From Pseudolysinimonas sp. (GTDB taxonomy: Bacteria; Actinomycetota; Actinomycetes; Actinomycetales; Microbacteriaceae), in contig NZ_JBASCU010000005.1 in NCBI RefSeq assembly GCF_049651805.1, positions 8,280 through 72,279 of the forward strand: DNA of 64,000 nt, in the 5' to 3' direction. Position 1 is the stretch's first letter. Each line of letters starts with the position of its first letter. The notes beneath the pieces were generated by a model. That model was not told the DNA's origin and did not search any database. It saw only the letters and a list, made by a program, of their open reading frames with translations. The position numbers and the translations under genes are program-made. Of this stretch, positions 44,461-55,165 are shown piece after piece.

Positions 44461-46480
44461 GGTCAGCCTCGCGAAACAGCGGAAGCTCGACGATCGCCGT
44501 CGTTCCGGTGGTGCCGTCGCTCCGCAGCTCGACCCGGCCACCCATGCGGGTGACCAGATCGCGCACGATCGGCAGACCCAGGCCCGTGCCGGGCACGAAG
44601 TCTTTCCCTGCCGCCACGCGATGGAAGCGCTCGAAGACTTTGCCCAGCTCGCTTGGCGGGATGCCGCGCCCGGTGTCGGTGATCTCGACGTGGGCGAAGT
44701 CGCCGACCGCCGCGGTCGTGATGTCGATCCGCCCGCCGGGCGGGGTGAACTTGATCGCGTTGGCGAGGAGGTTGACGAGGATGCGGTCGAGACCGAGACG
44801 ATCGGCCGCGACGACGCGTTGGCCGTCGTCGACCACTGCGACGGTGACGTGGGCGCGCTCGGCGATCGCGCTCAGGTCTTCGACACACTGCTTGATCGCC
44901 GCGCGCAGGTCGACCGCGTTTGCTTCCCCACCCGACTGGCCCGCTTCCCGGGAGACATCGAGAAGATCTTCGACCAGGTCGGCGAGCCGGCGCGCGTTGC
45001 GCATGATGACCTCGACGCTCCGCCGTTCGCTCTCGGGGAGGTCGGCTTCGGCCAGGTCTTCGGCGTAGCCGAGGATGCTGGTCACCGGCGTGCGCAGCTC
45101 GTGGCTCACCGACGATACGAACTCGTCCTTCTGAGCGGCGAGCGCGCGGAGGCGATCCGCCGCTTCCCGCTCGTGCACGAACGCGTCGGCGAGAGCCCGC
45201 GCCGCTTTGGTCTGTTCGGTGACGTCGATCGCCTGGATCAGCAGCAGCGTCGCGTCGCCTGCGACGACGTTCACCGAGATTTCGAGGTGGTGGCCGTCGG
45301 GGAACGCGACGTCGGTCATGACAGGGTCACCGGTGGACTCGGCGAGTTCCGCCAGCCGCACGCCGTCGACGAGCGTCCTGTCACCGTCCCGGCTGAGCCA
45401 GGAGGCGAGCATCCGTTCCCCGTTCGGGTTCGACTCCACGACGAGGTGGCCACCGCCGTCCTCTCGGCGCACGACGATGAACCCGGCGTCGGAACTGATG
45501 ATCGCACCACGCAGCAGCTGCTCGCGTGCACTCAACCGCAGATAGAGGTCGTTTCGATCGTCCTGAGCCACCGCGAGCGGCAGCAGGGACACACCGAGGG
45601 CGAGGGTGAACAGCTGGATTAGTCCGATGAGCACCTCGCCATTCCCGTCGGCGAAGACCGCGAAGGCCCCCCCGCCGAGGAAGCTCAGCATGGTGATCGC
45701 GAAGCTCACCAGAGTGATCTCGATCAGGGTCACCCCCGCAGTGAACCGAAACGCTGCCCACGCCATCACCGGGATGATCAGGAACGCCACCGGAACGTAT
45801 TGTCCCGGCCCGAACGCGACGACGACGGCAGCGGCCAGCAGGGTCGCCTGAAGGAGCAGTTCGAACGCGCGGCGCGGGATGAACGAGGCGCGCGGGATGA
45901 CCCCGAGCGCGCCGAGCAACAACACCGAGCTGCCGTGCGAGGCGGCGACCTGAGCCGCAGTACCGAGGAGGTCGCCTTCGTTCAGCGCCACGACGAGCCC
46001 GACGAGCAACCCGGCAACGGCGGCTCCACCGCCGGTCGCGATGACGTACTGCGCGGCATCGGGGTGTCGAAAGCGGTGACCAGGGCGGCGTCCGTACCGG
46101 GTGATCGCCGGTACCAGCCAAGCCTCGGCGGCGTTGGCGATGCCGAAACCGATCGCTACCCACCAGAGGGTGCCGGCGACGAGATTCGCGGCCGTCGTGA
46201 CCGCGACGATCAGCCCGGCGACCGCAACGCCCCGACCTCGGGCGGCGAACACCGCGATCACCGAGATGCCGGCGGCCGGCCACCACGGGGCGGTCGACTC
46301 GCCCGGAAACCGGAGTTCGGCCGAGATGACGCTTGCGAAGAAGACGAGCACGAGCATCAGCGCGATCGACATCCAGTAACGCGGCGTCGTTTGACGGCGC
46401 ACCGCTGCCGTCAAACTGTCGCGGTACATGACCCCTCCCCACGCCCTGTCGCGGAATATACTGCGACCGTAGTCGCGCAT
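44435..46480 (-). CDS. sensor histidine kinase with multi-TM (MASE1-like) N-terminal domain and PAS-like linker
   Basis: H-box SHELRTP, N and G boxes (NLLANAIKF, DTGRGI, GTGLGL). Start uncertain (46480 or an internal Met 17 codons downstream). Confidence 0.85.
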   Translation of the reverse strand: MRDYGRSIFRDRAWGGVMYRDSLTAAVRRQTTPRYWMSIALMLVLVFFASVISAELRFPGESTAPWWPAAGISVIAVFAARGRGVAVAGLIVAVTTAANLVAGTLWWVAIGFGIANAAEAWLVPAITRYGRRPGHRFRHPDAAQYVIATGGGAAVAGLLVGLVVALNEGDLLGTAAQVAASHGSSVLLLGALGVIPRASFIPRRAFELLLQATLLAAAVVVAFGPGQYVPVAFLIIPVMAWAAFRFTAGVTLIEITLVSFAITMLSFLGGGAFAVFADGNGEVLIGLIQLFTLALGVSLLPLAVAQDDRNDLYLRLSAREQLLRGAIISSDAGFIVVRREDGGGHLVVESNPNGERMLASWLSRDGDRTLVDGVRLAELAESTGDPVMTDVAFPDGHHLEISVNVVAGDATLLLIQAIDVTEQTKAARALADAFVHEREAADRLRALAAQKDEFVSSVSHELRTPVTSILGYAEDLAEADLPESERRSVEVIMRNARRLADLVEDLLDVSREAGQSGGEANAVDLRAAIKQCVEDLSAIAERAHVTVAVVDDGQRVVAADRLGLDRILVNLLANAIKFTPPGGRIDITTAAVGDFAHVEITDTGRGIPPSELGKVFERFHRVAAGKDFVPGTGLGLPIVRDLVTRMGGRVELRSDGTTGTTAIVELPLFREADLTAGATPR

Positions 46481-46515
46481 GCTCTCGCCCGCGACGCCAG
46501 TACAGGGGGTCCCGC

Positions 46516-46881
46516 ATGGGCAGCGTTATCGTCGTCGAAGACGATGACGACATCCGGATGCTCATCGTGCGCAGGCTGGAGCGCGCCGGTCACGAGGTGC
46601 GTTCTGCGGTCGATGGGATCGACGGGCTCGAACAGATTCGCGAGCGGATGCCCGATCTCGTCGTGCTCGACTGGATGATGCCGCGCCTCGACGGGCTGGG
46701 CGTCGCCGAGCAACTTCTCGCCGACGGGGGCGAGCGCCCGCGCATCCTCATGCTCACCGCGCGCAACCAGCAATCCGACATCGACCGGGCGCTCGCCGTC
46801 GGTGTCGACGACTTCCTCGTGAAGCCCTTCCTCGGGCCCGACCTGCTGGCGGCCGTCGACAAGCTGGTCGCCGCGGAATGA
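46516..46881 (+). CDS. stand-alone response-regulator receiver protein
   Basis: 121 aa with EDDDD, DWMMP and a conserved K (LVKPF). No output domain. Confidence 0.9.
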   Translation: MGSVIVVEDDDDIRMLIVRRLERAGHEVRSAVDGIDGLEQIRERMPDLVVLDWMMPRLDGLGVAEQLLADGGERPRILMLTARNQQSDIDRALAVGVDDFLVKPFLGPDLLAAVDKLVAAE

Positions 46882-46887
46882 ACGAAA

Positions 46888-46921
46888 CCCCCGCGGCGTC
46901 CTGAAGACCACTGCGCGGGGG
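46888..46921. terminator. hairpin between the receiver gene and tRNA-Phe
   Basis: CCCCCGCG (46888-46895) pairs with CGCGGGGG (46914-46921). T-rich run follows on the minus strand. Confidence 0.4.
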
Positions 46922-46928
46922 CTTCGGA

Positions 46929-47004
46929 TGGTGGCTCCGACCGGCGTCGATCCGGTGACCTTCCGATTTTCAGTCGGACGCTCTACCAACTGAGCTACAG
47001 AGCC
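46929..47004 (-). tRNA. tRNA-Phe (anticodon GAA), CCA encoded
   Basis: Hand-folded cloverleaf: acceptor GGCTCTG/CGGAGCC, anticodon loop CTGAAAA, T-arm ACCGG-ATCGACG-CCGGT. Confidence 0.88.
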
Positions 47005-47063
47005 TCGGGAGGCAAGCCTCCCGATGGTGAGAAAGCCTTTCCTCGCGGAAAGGCTTCACTCCG

Positions 47064-47137
47064 CGACCCTGACGGGACTTGAACCCGCGACCTCCGCCGT
47101 GACAGGGCGGCACGCTAACCAACTGCGCTACAGGGCC
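47064..47137 (-). tRNA. tRNA-Asp (anticodon GTC)
   Basis: Hand-folded: acceptor GGCCCTG/CAGGGTC, anticodon loop CTGTCAC, T-loop TTCAAGT. Confidence 0.9.
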
Positions 47138-47170
47138 TTGCTATTGAGTTGTGGTGAAGCATCGATTGCG

Positions 47171-47243
47171 TGACCCCAACGGGATTCGAACCCGTGCTGC
47201 CGCCGTGAAAGGGCGGTGTCCTAGGCCACTAAACGATGGGGCC
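47171..47243 (-). tRNA. tRNA-Glu (anticodon TTC)
   Basis: Hand-folded: acceptor GGCCCCA/TGGGGTC, anticodon loop CTTTCAC, T-loop TTCGAAT. Confidence 0.9.
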
Positions 47244-47471
47244 GTGAAGTGCGACACGCAGGTGCGAACCGCACAGCAACCGAGGGTCAAGCATACGGTC
47301 GGCGGGTCGGAAACGCCAATCGCCCCAGATGTCGGACACCCCGCAGATGTGCCGGACTGTTCGTGCCCCCTGAACTAGGTTCAAGTCGCCGTTGAAGGTT
47401 GTTGTTAGTGTTGCCGGTGTTGTTCCTGTGACGGCGCAAGGCGCACGGTGACGGGAAGATGCGGGGAAACC

Positions 47472-48722
47472 ATGGGACGCACGTCTAGTCGGGGGGCGAA
47501 CGGCGCGCAGGCACCGTCAGGTGTTGCGCGCCGCTTCCGTGTGCTCGCTGCCACCCTCGCTCTCACACTGATTCCCGCGCTCGGCGGCATCGCGCCGACG
47601 AGCGCGTCGGTGATCGCCGAGTACCCGAGCTGGGAAGAGGTCGTCGCGGCCCAACGCAACGAAGCTCAGGCGAAGGCGTTGCGCGCCAGTCTCGAGGCGC
47701 AGCTGCAAGGGCTCCAGGACGAGGCGCAGCGCACGCAGGAGATCGCCGACGAGAAGGGCGAGATCTATTACCAGGCGCAGCAGGCGTACGACGAGCAGAA
47801 GGTCGTGACCGACGCACTGCTCGAGCAGACCGCCGCGGCCCAGGCCGAGGCCGACGAGGCCTACGCGGTCGCCGCGCAGGTCATCGCCGAGATGAGCAAG
47901 TCGGGCGGCTCGGGCGACCTCTCGCCGCGACTGTTCACCACGCCCGGCTCACCGGATGCGCTGCTCGACCGGCTGGAGCTCGGCCGCGTGATCGGCGACC
48001 GCTACGCCGATCTCTACGCGAACGCGATCGAGCTGCGCAACCGCGCCGACGCGCTCGGGGACCAGGCCGAAGTCGCCCAGGGCATCCTCGAAGAGCTGCG
48101 GATCGCGGCCGAGAAGGCGTTCCAGGAGGCGCAGGCGGCGGCGGTCGCCGCTGCCGAGAAGCTCGCACAGACCGAGCGTGACATCGTCGAGGTGCGATCC
48201 CGCATCGAGTACCTCGCCGGGGTTCGCGAAGCGACGACGGCCGAATACAACGCCGGGCTCAGAGCCCTGTGGGGCGAGAACGCCGCCGGCGAGATCAGCC
48301 AGACGGGCTGGGCTCGCCCGGTCGGTGGCTACATCACGAGCCAGTACGGCTGGCGCACCAACCCGGTCAGCGGTGCGCGCCAGTTCCACACCGGCGTCGA
48401 TCTCGCGGGCACCGGGTGCGGCGCGACCATCCGTGCGGCGCACGCCGGCGTGGTCACCTACGCCGGCTGGTTCGGCTCGTGGGGCTACTACGTCGCGATC
48501 GACAACCAGGACGGCACCGGCACCGGCTACGCGCACATCGAGGCCGGCGGCATCGGTGTGCAGGTCGGACAGAAGGTCTCTCCCGGGCAGCCGATCGCAC
48601 GGGTCGGCACGACGGGACAATCCACCGGCTGCCACCTGCACTACATCGTGCGCGTGAACGGCAACCGCGACACCACCGAACCGGTGCAGTTCATGCGCAA
48701 CCAGGGCATCACCCTCGGCTAG
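47472..48722 (+). CDS. secreted M23 family metallopeptidase with N-terminal coiled-coil domain
   Basis: Signal peptide, long Ala/Glu/Gln-rich coiled coil, M23 motifs FHTGVDLAG and GCHLHY. The ORF track starts at 47448. Confidence 0.85.
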   Translation: MGRTSSRGANGAQAPSGVARRFRVLAATLALTLIPALGGIAPTSASVIAEYPSWEEVVAAQRNEAQAKALRASLEAQLQGLQDEAQRTQEIADEKGEIYYQAQQAYDEQKVVTDALLEQTAAAQAEADEAYAVAAQVIAEMSKSGGSGDLSPRLFTTPGSPDALLDRLELGRVIGDRYADLYANAIELRNRADALGDQAEVAQGILEELRIAAEKAFQEAQAAAVAAAEKLAQTERDIVEVRSRIEYLAGVREATTAEYNAGLRALWGENAAGEISQTGWARPVGGYITSQYGWRTNPVSGARQFHTGVDLAGTGCGATIRAAHAGVVTYAGWFGSWGYYVAIDNQDGTGTGYAHIEAGGIGVQVGQKVSPGQPIARVGTTGQSTGCHLHYIVRVNGNRDTTEPVQFMRNQGITLG

Positions 48723-48732
48723 GAGCATCGCG

Positions 48733-49959
48733 ATGGCGGACGGCAAGCGCAGGCGACGCGCGGTGGCGGCGGGAGTTCCCGCGACGCTGCTGCTCGCGTT
48801 CGCCAACCCGATGCCCGCGATGGCGTTGCGCCAACCGGACTACCCGAGCTGGGACGACGTCGAGCAGGCCCGCCACGATGAGGCGGCGGCCCAGGCGACG
48901 GTCGAACAGATCGAGGGCATCCTCATCCGCCTCGAAGCCGAAGCCACCGAACTCAACCGCACCGCGCTCGAGCTGGGTGAGGAGTACGAACTCGCCGTGA
49001 TCGCGCTCGAGGCCGCGACCGCAAAACTCGACCGTCTGAAGACCCAGGCGGATGCGGCGCAGGAGCGCGCCGAGCAATCCGAGCGGCACGTCGCCGTGAT
49101 CGTGGCTCAGCTCGCCCGCAACGGCGGGGGCGACGTGACTCTCGGGCTTCTGCTCGGGTCGGCCGACGACGCCGACACGTTGCTCGCCCGGCTGGGCACT
49201 GGCGAGCGGCTCACGGCCTCGTCGGCCGCGCTGCTCGAACGCGCCATCTACGACAAGAAGACGGCGCAGGCCCTCGCGACGGATGCGCGCGCCGCCGAAC
49301 GCGAGCGGAAGCGACTCGCCGACGACGCGCAGGGGAAGTTCGACCTCGCCCAAGCCGCCGCAAGCGACGCTCAGGCAAAGGCCGACGCGCAGCGTGCCGA
49401 CATCGATCGGATGTATGCGCAGCTCAGCGTCCTCAAGGGCACCACGGAGGCGGTCGAGCGCGAATACCAGGAGGGGCTGGCGGCAAACCCGCCGGGCGCG
49501 CCGCCACCCGCACCTCCGCCGGTCACGCCGCCACCGGGCGTCGACCCTGCTCCGCCCGCGCCCGTCTCGAACTCCGTCGAGAACGCGATCGCCTACGCGA
49601 CGGCCCAACTCGGGGAGCCCTACCTGCTCGGCGGCATGGGCCCGAACGCGTGGGACTGCTCGGGTCTCACCAAGGCGAGCTACGCATCCGTCGGGGTGTA
49701 TATCGGCACCCACTCCTCGACCGACCAGTACAACTACATGGCGGCGCAGGGTCGGCTCGTGCCGCGCGACCAGTGGCAGCGCGGCGATCTGCTGTTCTAC
49801 TCCAACGGCGGATCGGCGTCGAATACCCGCAAGTACCACGTGGCGATCTACCTCGGAAACGGCAAGATGATCGAGGCGCCCAACCCCACGGTCCCCGTGC
49901 GGATCGTGAATGTGCGCTACGGAGACCTGGTTCCCTACGTGGGCAGGCCCACGGGCTGA
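48733..49959 (+). CDS. secreted NlpC/P60 (C40) peptidase with N-terminal coiled-coil domain (RipA-like)
   Basis: Signal peptide, coiled coil, Pro-rich linker, catalytic WDCSGL...HVAIYLGNGKMIEAP. Confidence 0.88.
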   Translation: MADGKRRRRAVAAGVPATLLLAFANPMPAMALRQPDYPSWDDVEQARHDEAAAQATVEQIEGILIRLEAEATELNRTALELGEEYELAVIALEAATAKLDRLKTQADAAQERAEQSERHVAVIVAQLARNGGGDVTLGLLLGSADDADTLLARLGTGERLTASSAALLERAIYDKKTAQALATDARAAERERKRLADDAQGKFDLAQAAASDAQAKADAQRADIDRMYAQLSVLKGTTEAVEREYQEGLAANPPGAPPPAPPPVTPPPGVDPAPPAPVSNSVENAIAYATAQLGEPYLLGGMGPNAWDCSGLTKASYASVGVYIGTHSSTDQYNYMAAQGRLVPRDQWQRGDLLFYSNGGSASNTRKYHVAIYLGNGKMIEAPNPTVPVRIVNVRYGDLVPYVGRPTG

Positions 49960-49971
49960 CACAATCGAGGG

Positions 49972-50754
49972 ATGCGCCGTAAGATGCTCACCCCTCTCGC
50001 CGGACTGGTCGCCGTCGCCCTCGCGGGGCTCACCGGATGCGCCCTCGGCGCCCCGTCGCCGAGCCCGACGCCGACCGCGTCGGCCTCTCCGACGGCGACG
50101 GTTCCCGTCGAGGCGGCTCCGACCGACACGCCGACGACGGTAGCTTCGCTCCCCGGCAGCGCCCTGATGCGGGTGTCGGTCACCGCCGCGGCCGCCGGCG
50201 AAGAGGTGCGCCTCGAGCTCACCTTCAACCGGGCGCAGACCGGCGTGATCGCAGTCGACGCCTTCGAGGCGGTGCAGGAGGCGTGCCCCAACGCGATCAC
50301 GTCGCAGCTCGAACTCTTCCCCGGACTCGAGCCGACCGGCGTCATCACGTCGGACCTCTCCATGGTCGGCGATTGGCCCGAGGGCATGACCGTCGCCGTC
50401 GCCGCCGGGGGAGTGATCGCGTCGTTCGGCGAGGGCCGCAGCGTCGCCGACACCCAGGACGACCCGGGAGCGTTCGGCTGCACCGTGCCGATCGTCACCG
50501 GGATGGGTCCTGCGGAGTTCACCAGCCTGCTGCTCGGCGATCCGGCGGTCACCGACCGGCTCGACCTCGAGGCTCAGGTCGCCGATGGCATCTTCGGGTT
50601 CGAATCCGACGCCGGATCAGCAGTCGAGGTGCGTTGGGTCGACTGCGTCATCCAGCTCTCGAGCGCCGCCCAACGGCTGTCGACCGAGTTCGGCTGGACC
50701 CTCCCGGCCCAGTGGGGCGACGGCTGCGTGATCGGCAACGACGGCACCGTCTAA
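49972..50754 (+). CDS. lipoprotein of unknown function
   Basis: Lipobox LAGLTGCA and a Pro/Thr/Ser-rich linker. No recognisable domain. Confidence 0.6.
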   Translation: MRRKMLTPLAGLVAVALAGLTGCALGAPSPSPTPTASASPTATVPVEAAPTDTPTTVASLPGSALMRVSVTAAAAGEEVRLELTFNRAQTGVIAVDAFEAVQEACPNAITSQLELFPGLEPTGVITSDLSMVGDWPEGMTVAVAAGGVIASFGEGRSVADTQDDPGAFGCTVPIVTGMGPAEFTSLLLGDPAVTDRLDLEAQVADGIFGFESDAGSAVEVRWVDCVIQLSSAAQRLSTEFGWTLPAQWGDGCVIGNDGTV

Positions 50755-50780
50755 GCCGAACCGCCTCTGGCGGGGCGCTC

Positions 50781-50823
50781 CCTCGGTGGTCGAGTAGCCC
50801 GCGTAGCGGGCGTGTCGAGACCC
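50781..50823. repeat. REP-like unit, family 2 (single copy)
   Basis: CCTCGGTGGTCGAGTAGC-CCGCGTAGCGG-GCGTGTCGAGACCC. Same flanks as the units at 60007-60169. Its last nucleotide overlaps the ppa stop codon. Confidence 0.6.
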
Positions 50824-51314
50824 TAGTGCGTCGGAACGTAGGCGGCGTAGGAGGCCGCGACGATCTCCTCGGCTTCGGCCTTGTCCCCCCAGCCTTCGGT
50901 CTTGACCCATTTGCCGGGCTCAAGATCCTTGTAGTGCTCGAAGAAGTGCTCGATCTCTTTGCGCTTGTACTCCGGTACGTCGGCGAGATCCTGGATGTGG
51001 TCCCAGCGCGGGTCTCCCGCGGCGACCGCGACGATCTTCGCGTCGCCGCCCCCGTCATCCGTCATCTTGAAGACGCCGACGACGCGCACGTTCATGCCGA
51101 TGCCGGGGAACAGCGGGTACTCGCCGATGACGAGAACGTCGAGCGGGTCGCCGTCGTCGGCGAGGGTGTTCTCGAAGAAGCCGTAGTCGGTCGGGTACGC
51201 CATCGGGGTGTACAGCACCCGGTCGAGCATGACTCGCCCGGTCTCGTGGTCGATCTCATACTTGTTGCGGCTGCCCTTGGGGCACTCGATGACGACGGCG
51301 TAGCTGCTGGACAT
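50823..51314 (-). CDS. ppa: inorganic diphosphatase
   Basis: 163 aa with [11 protein letters not shown]-like [12 protein letters not shown] and DGDPLDVLV motifs. Confidence 0.95.
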   Translation of the reverse strand: MSSSYAVVIECPKGSRNKYEIDHETGRVMLDRVLYTPMAYPTDYGFFENTLADDGDPLDVLVIGEYPLFPGIGMNVRVVGVFKMTDDGGGDAKIVAVAAGDPRWDHIQDLADVPEYKRKEIEHFFEHYKDLEPGKWVKTEGWGDKAEAEEIVAASYAAYVPTH

Positions 51315-51356
51315 GACGCTCCTGGTTCTTCGGAAAGGCGGGTCTAACGTTAGTCG

Positions 51357-52466
51357 ATGCCTGATTCCGCTCGACCTCGGCTGACTCCCGCGGTCGCCGA
51401 TGTGCGCCGCGCCGTTCGTGCGGGTCTCTTTCCGTTTTCAGGAAACGGTGGGACAGAAGTGGCGGAAGTCACCTCAGACCTGGGTTCCGAGTCGACATCT
51501 TCCACTTCCTCCCCTCACCTTCCTGAAAACGGAAAGCCCCTCGTGCTCGTCGCGCTGTCGGGCGGGCCGGATTCACTGGCGCTCGCGGCGGCCGTCGCTT
51601 TCGAGGCGTCGCGGGTCGGGGTGCGGGCGGGGGCGGTGATCGTCGACCATCAGTTGCAGAACGGGTCGGATGCCGTGGCCGAGCGCGCGGCGGAGCAGGC
51701 GCGGGCGCTGGGACTCGATCCGGTACGCGTCGTGGCTGCGGACGTCGCGGCCGGGGGTTCTCGGGAGGCGGCCGCGCGCGACGCTCGGTACGACGCCCTC
51801 GCCGCAGTCGCTGCCGAGATGGGCGCCGGGGCGGTGCTGCTCGGCCACACCCTCGACGACCAGGCCGAGACTGTGTTGCTCGGGCTCGCACGCGGCTCGG
51901 GCGGGGGGAGTCTGCAGGGCATGGCGCCGGTGGCGGGGCTGTACCGCCGGCCGCTGCTCGGCATCCGGCGCTCGACCACCGTGCAGGCCTGCGCCGATGG
52001 GGGGCTGGAGGCGTGGGCCGACCCGCACAACGCCGCCCCCGCCTACACGCGGGTGCGGGTGCGCAACACCGTGCTGCCCGTGCTCGAAGCCGAACTCGGG
52101 CCGGGGGTCGCCGAGGCGCTCGCCCGCACCGCGGAGCAATTGCGGGAAGACGAGGATGCCTTCGCCACGATGATCGATGAGGTCGCCGAAGAACTCGCGG
52201 AACACATCGACTCCGGGATCGCCGTGCCCGTGGCCGTGCTCGCCGCGAATCCGGCGGCGCTGCGGCAGCGCATCATCCGCTTCGTGGTGCAGAGCGAGTT
52301 CGGGGTGTCACTCAGCCGCGCCCACACTCTCGAGATCGCGCGGCTCGTCACCGACTGGCACGGGCAGGGGCCGCTCGACGTTCCGGGAATCTCGATCGCG
52401 CGGGCCGGTGGCAGAATCGAGTTTCGAGCACGAGTCGCTGAGGAGCACGCGGATGGACACGACTGA
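51357..52466 (+). CDS. tilS: tRNA lysidine(34) synthetase
   Basis: PP-loop SGGPDS (51558-51575) and TilS-like body. Carries a 36-aa N-terminal insertion encoded by the family 1 element. Confidence 0.85.
   Translation: MPDSARPRLTPAVADVRRAVRAGLFPFSGNGGTEVAEVTSDLGSESTSSTSSPHLPENGKPLVLVALSGGPDSLALAAAVAFEASRVGVRAGAVIVDHQLQNGSDAVAERAAEQARALGLDPVRVVAADVAAGGSREAAARDARYDALAAVAAEMGAGAVLLGHTLDDQAETVLLGLARGSGGGSLQGMAPVAGLYRRPLLGIRRSTTVQACADGGLEAWADPHNAAPAYTRVRVRNTVLPVLEAELGPGVAEALARTAEQLREDEDAFATMIDEVAEELAEHIDSGIAVPVAVLAANPAALRQRIIRFVVQSEFGVSLSRAHTLEIARLVTDWHGQGPLDVPGISIARAGGRIEFRARVAEEHADGHD
51428..51536. repeat. MITE-like inverted-repeat element, family 1, copy B (inside the tilS reading frame)
   Basis: CTTTCCGTTTTCAGGAA ... 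TTCCTGAAAACGGAAAG, a perfect 17-nt terminal inverted repeat. Coordinates anchored by codon arithmetic from the tilS ATG. Confidence 0.6.
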
Positions 52467-53004
52467 CATCGAGGGCGACCTCACCGAAGTGCTCTTCACG
52501 GAAGGCCAGATCCACGCCCGCATCGCCGAGCTGTGCCGCGAGATCGAAGCCGACTACGAGGGCCGCGACCTGCTCATCGTCGGGGTGCTCAAGGGCGCCG
52601 TCATGGTGATGGCCGACCTCGCGCGGGAACTCAAGCGCGACGTCGAGATGGACTGGATGGCGACCTCCTCGTACGGCACGAGTACCGAGTCGAGCGGCGT
52701 CGTGCGCATCATCAAAGACCTCGACACCGACATCGCCGACCGGCACGTGCTCATCATCGAAGACATCGTCGACTCCGGCCTCACCCTCTCCTGGCTGCGC
52801 ACCAACCTCGAGAGCCGCAATCCGGCATCCCTCGAGGTGTGCGCCCTGCTGCGCAAACCCGAGGCCGCCAAGGTCGACATCGAAGCGCGCTACGTGGGCT
52901 TCGACATCCCGAATGCTTTCGTCGTCGGCTACGGCCTCGACTACGCGGAGCGGTACCGCAACCTGAGGTCGATCGGCATCCTCGCCCCGCACGTGTACTC
53001 GTAG
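52453..53004 (+). CDS. hpt: hypoxanthine phosphoribosyltransferase
   Basis: ATG at 52453 inside ORF 52177..53004. [17 protein letters not shown] motif. Overlaps the tilS 3' end by 14 nt. Confidence 0.93.
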   Translation: MDTTDIEGDLTEVLFTEGQIHARIAELCREIEADYEGRDLLIVGVLKGAVMVMADLARELKRDVEMDWMATSSYGTSTESSGVVRIIKDLDTDIADRHVLIIEDIVDSGLTLSWLRTNLESRNPASLEVCALLRKPEAAKVDIEARYVGFDIPNAFVVGYGLDYAERYRNLRSIGILAPHVYS

Positions 53005-53024
53005 GGGGTCCTCCTAGAGCCGAC

Positions 53025-53047
53025 CCGACGCCCGAGACGGGCGTCGG
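53025..53047 (+). terminator. GC hairpin downstream of hpt
   Basis: CCGACGCCC-gagac-GGGCGTCGG, 9-bp perfect stem. No U-tract. Confidence 0.35.
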
Positions 53048-53154
53048 CGCTGGGACCGCGGCGGCGGCGCGAAAGCGCCCCCGCCCATAGCGAAGTCCGC
53101 GCCCAGCGAACACCGGGGCGGCGTCCAGTAATGGGGCGATACCCTGGCTGTCTC

Positions 53155-55158
<2,004 letters not shown>

Positions 55159-55165
55159 GTCGGCG

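Noticed and set aside
46882-47470. tRNA cluster considered as an integration site for a mobile element.
   Set aside because: No integrase, excisionase or duplicated tRNA 3' end is present on either side. The flanking genes are ordinary chromosomal genes. ORFs 46411..46989(-) and 47151..47378(+) simply run across the tRNA genes.
47244-47471. Possible cyclic-di-AMP (ydaO-type) riboswitch upstream of the cell-wall hydrolase genes.
   Set aside because: The hallmark elements I can recall (GGGGUGAAUC and CAGCUAACC-type segments) are not present. Only a vague GCGGGGAAACCA resemblance exists. The region also has to hold the promoter of the divergent tRNA operon.
51543-51545. GTG at 51543 as the true tilS start, which would make the family 1 element non-coding.
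   Set aside because: Not excluded, but disfavoured. The upstream in-frame sequence [17 protein letters not shown] looks like a genuine TilS N-terminal helix, and the ORF is open from ATG 51357, 43 nt after the divergent ppa start. It is kept as the alternative in the finding.
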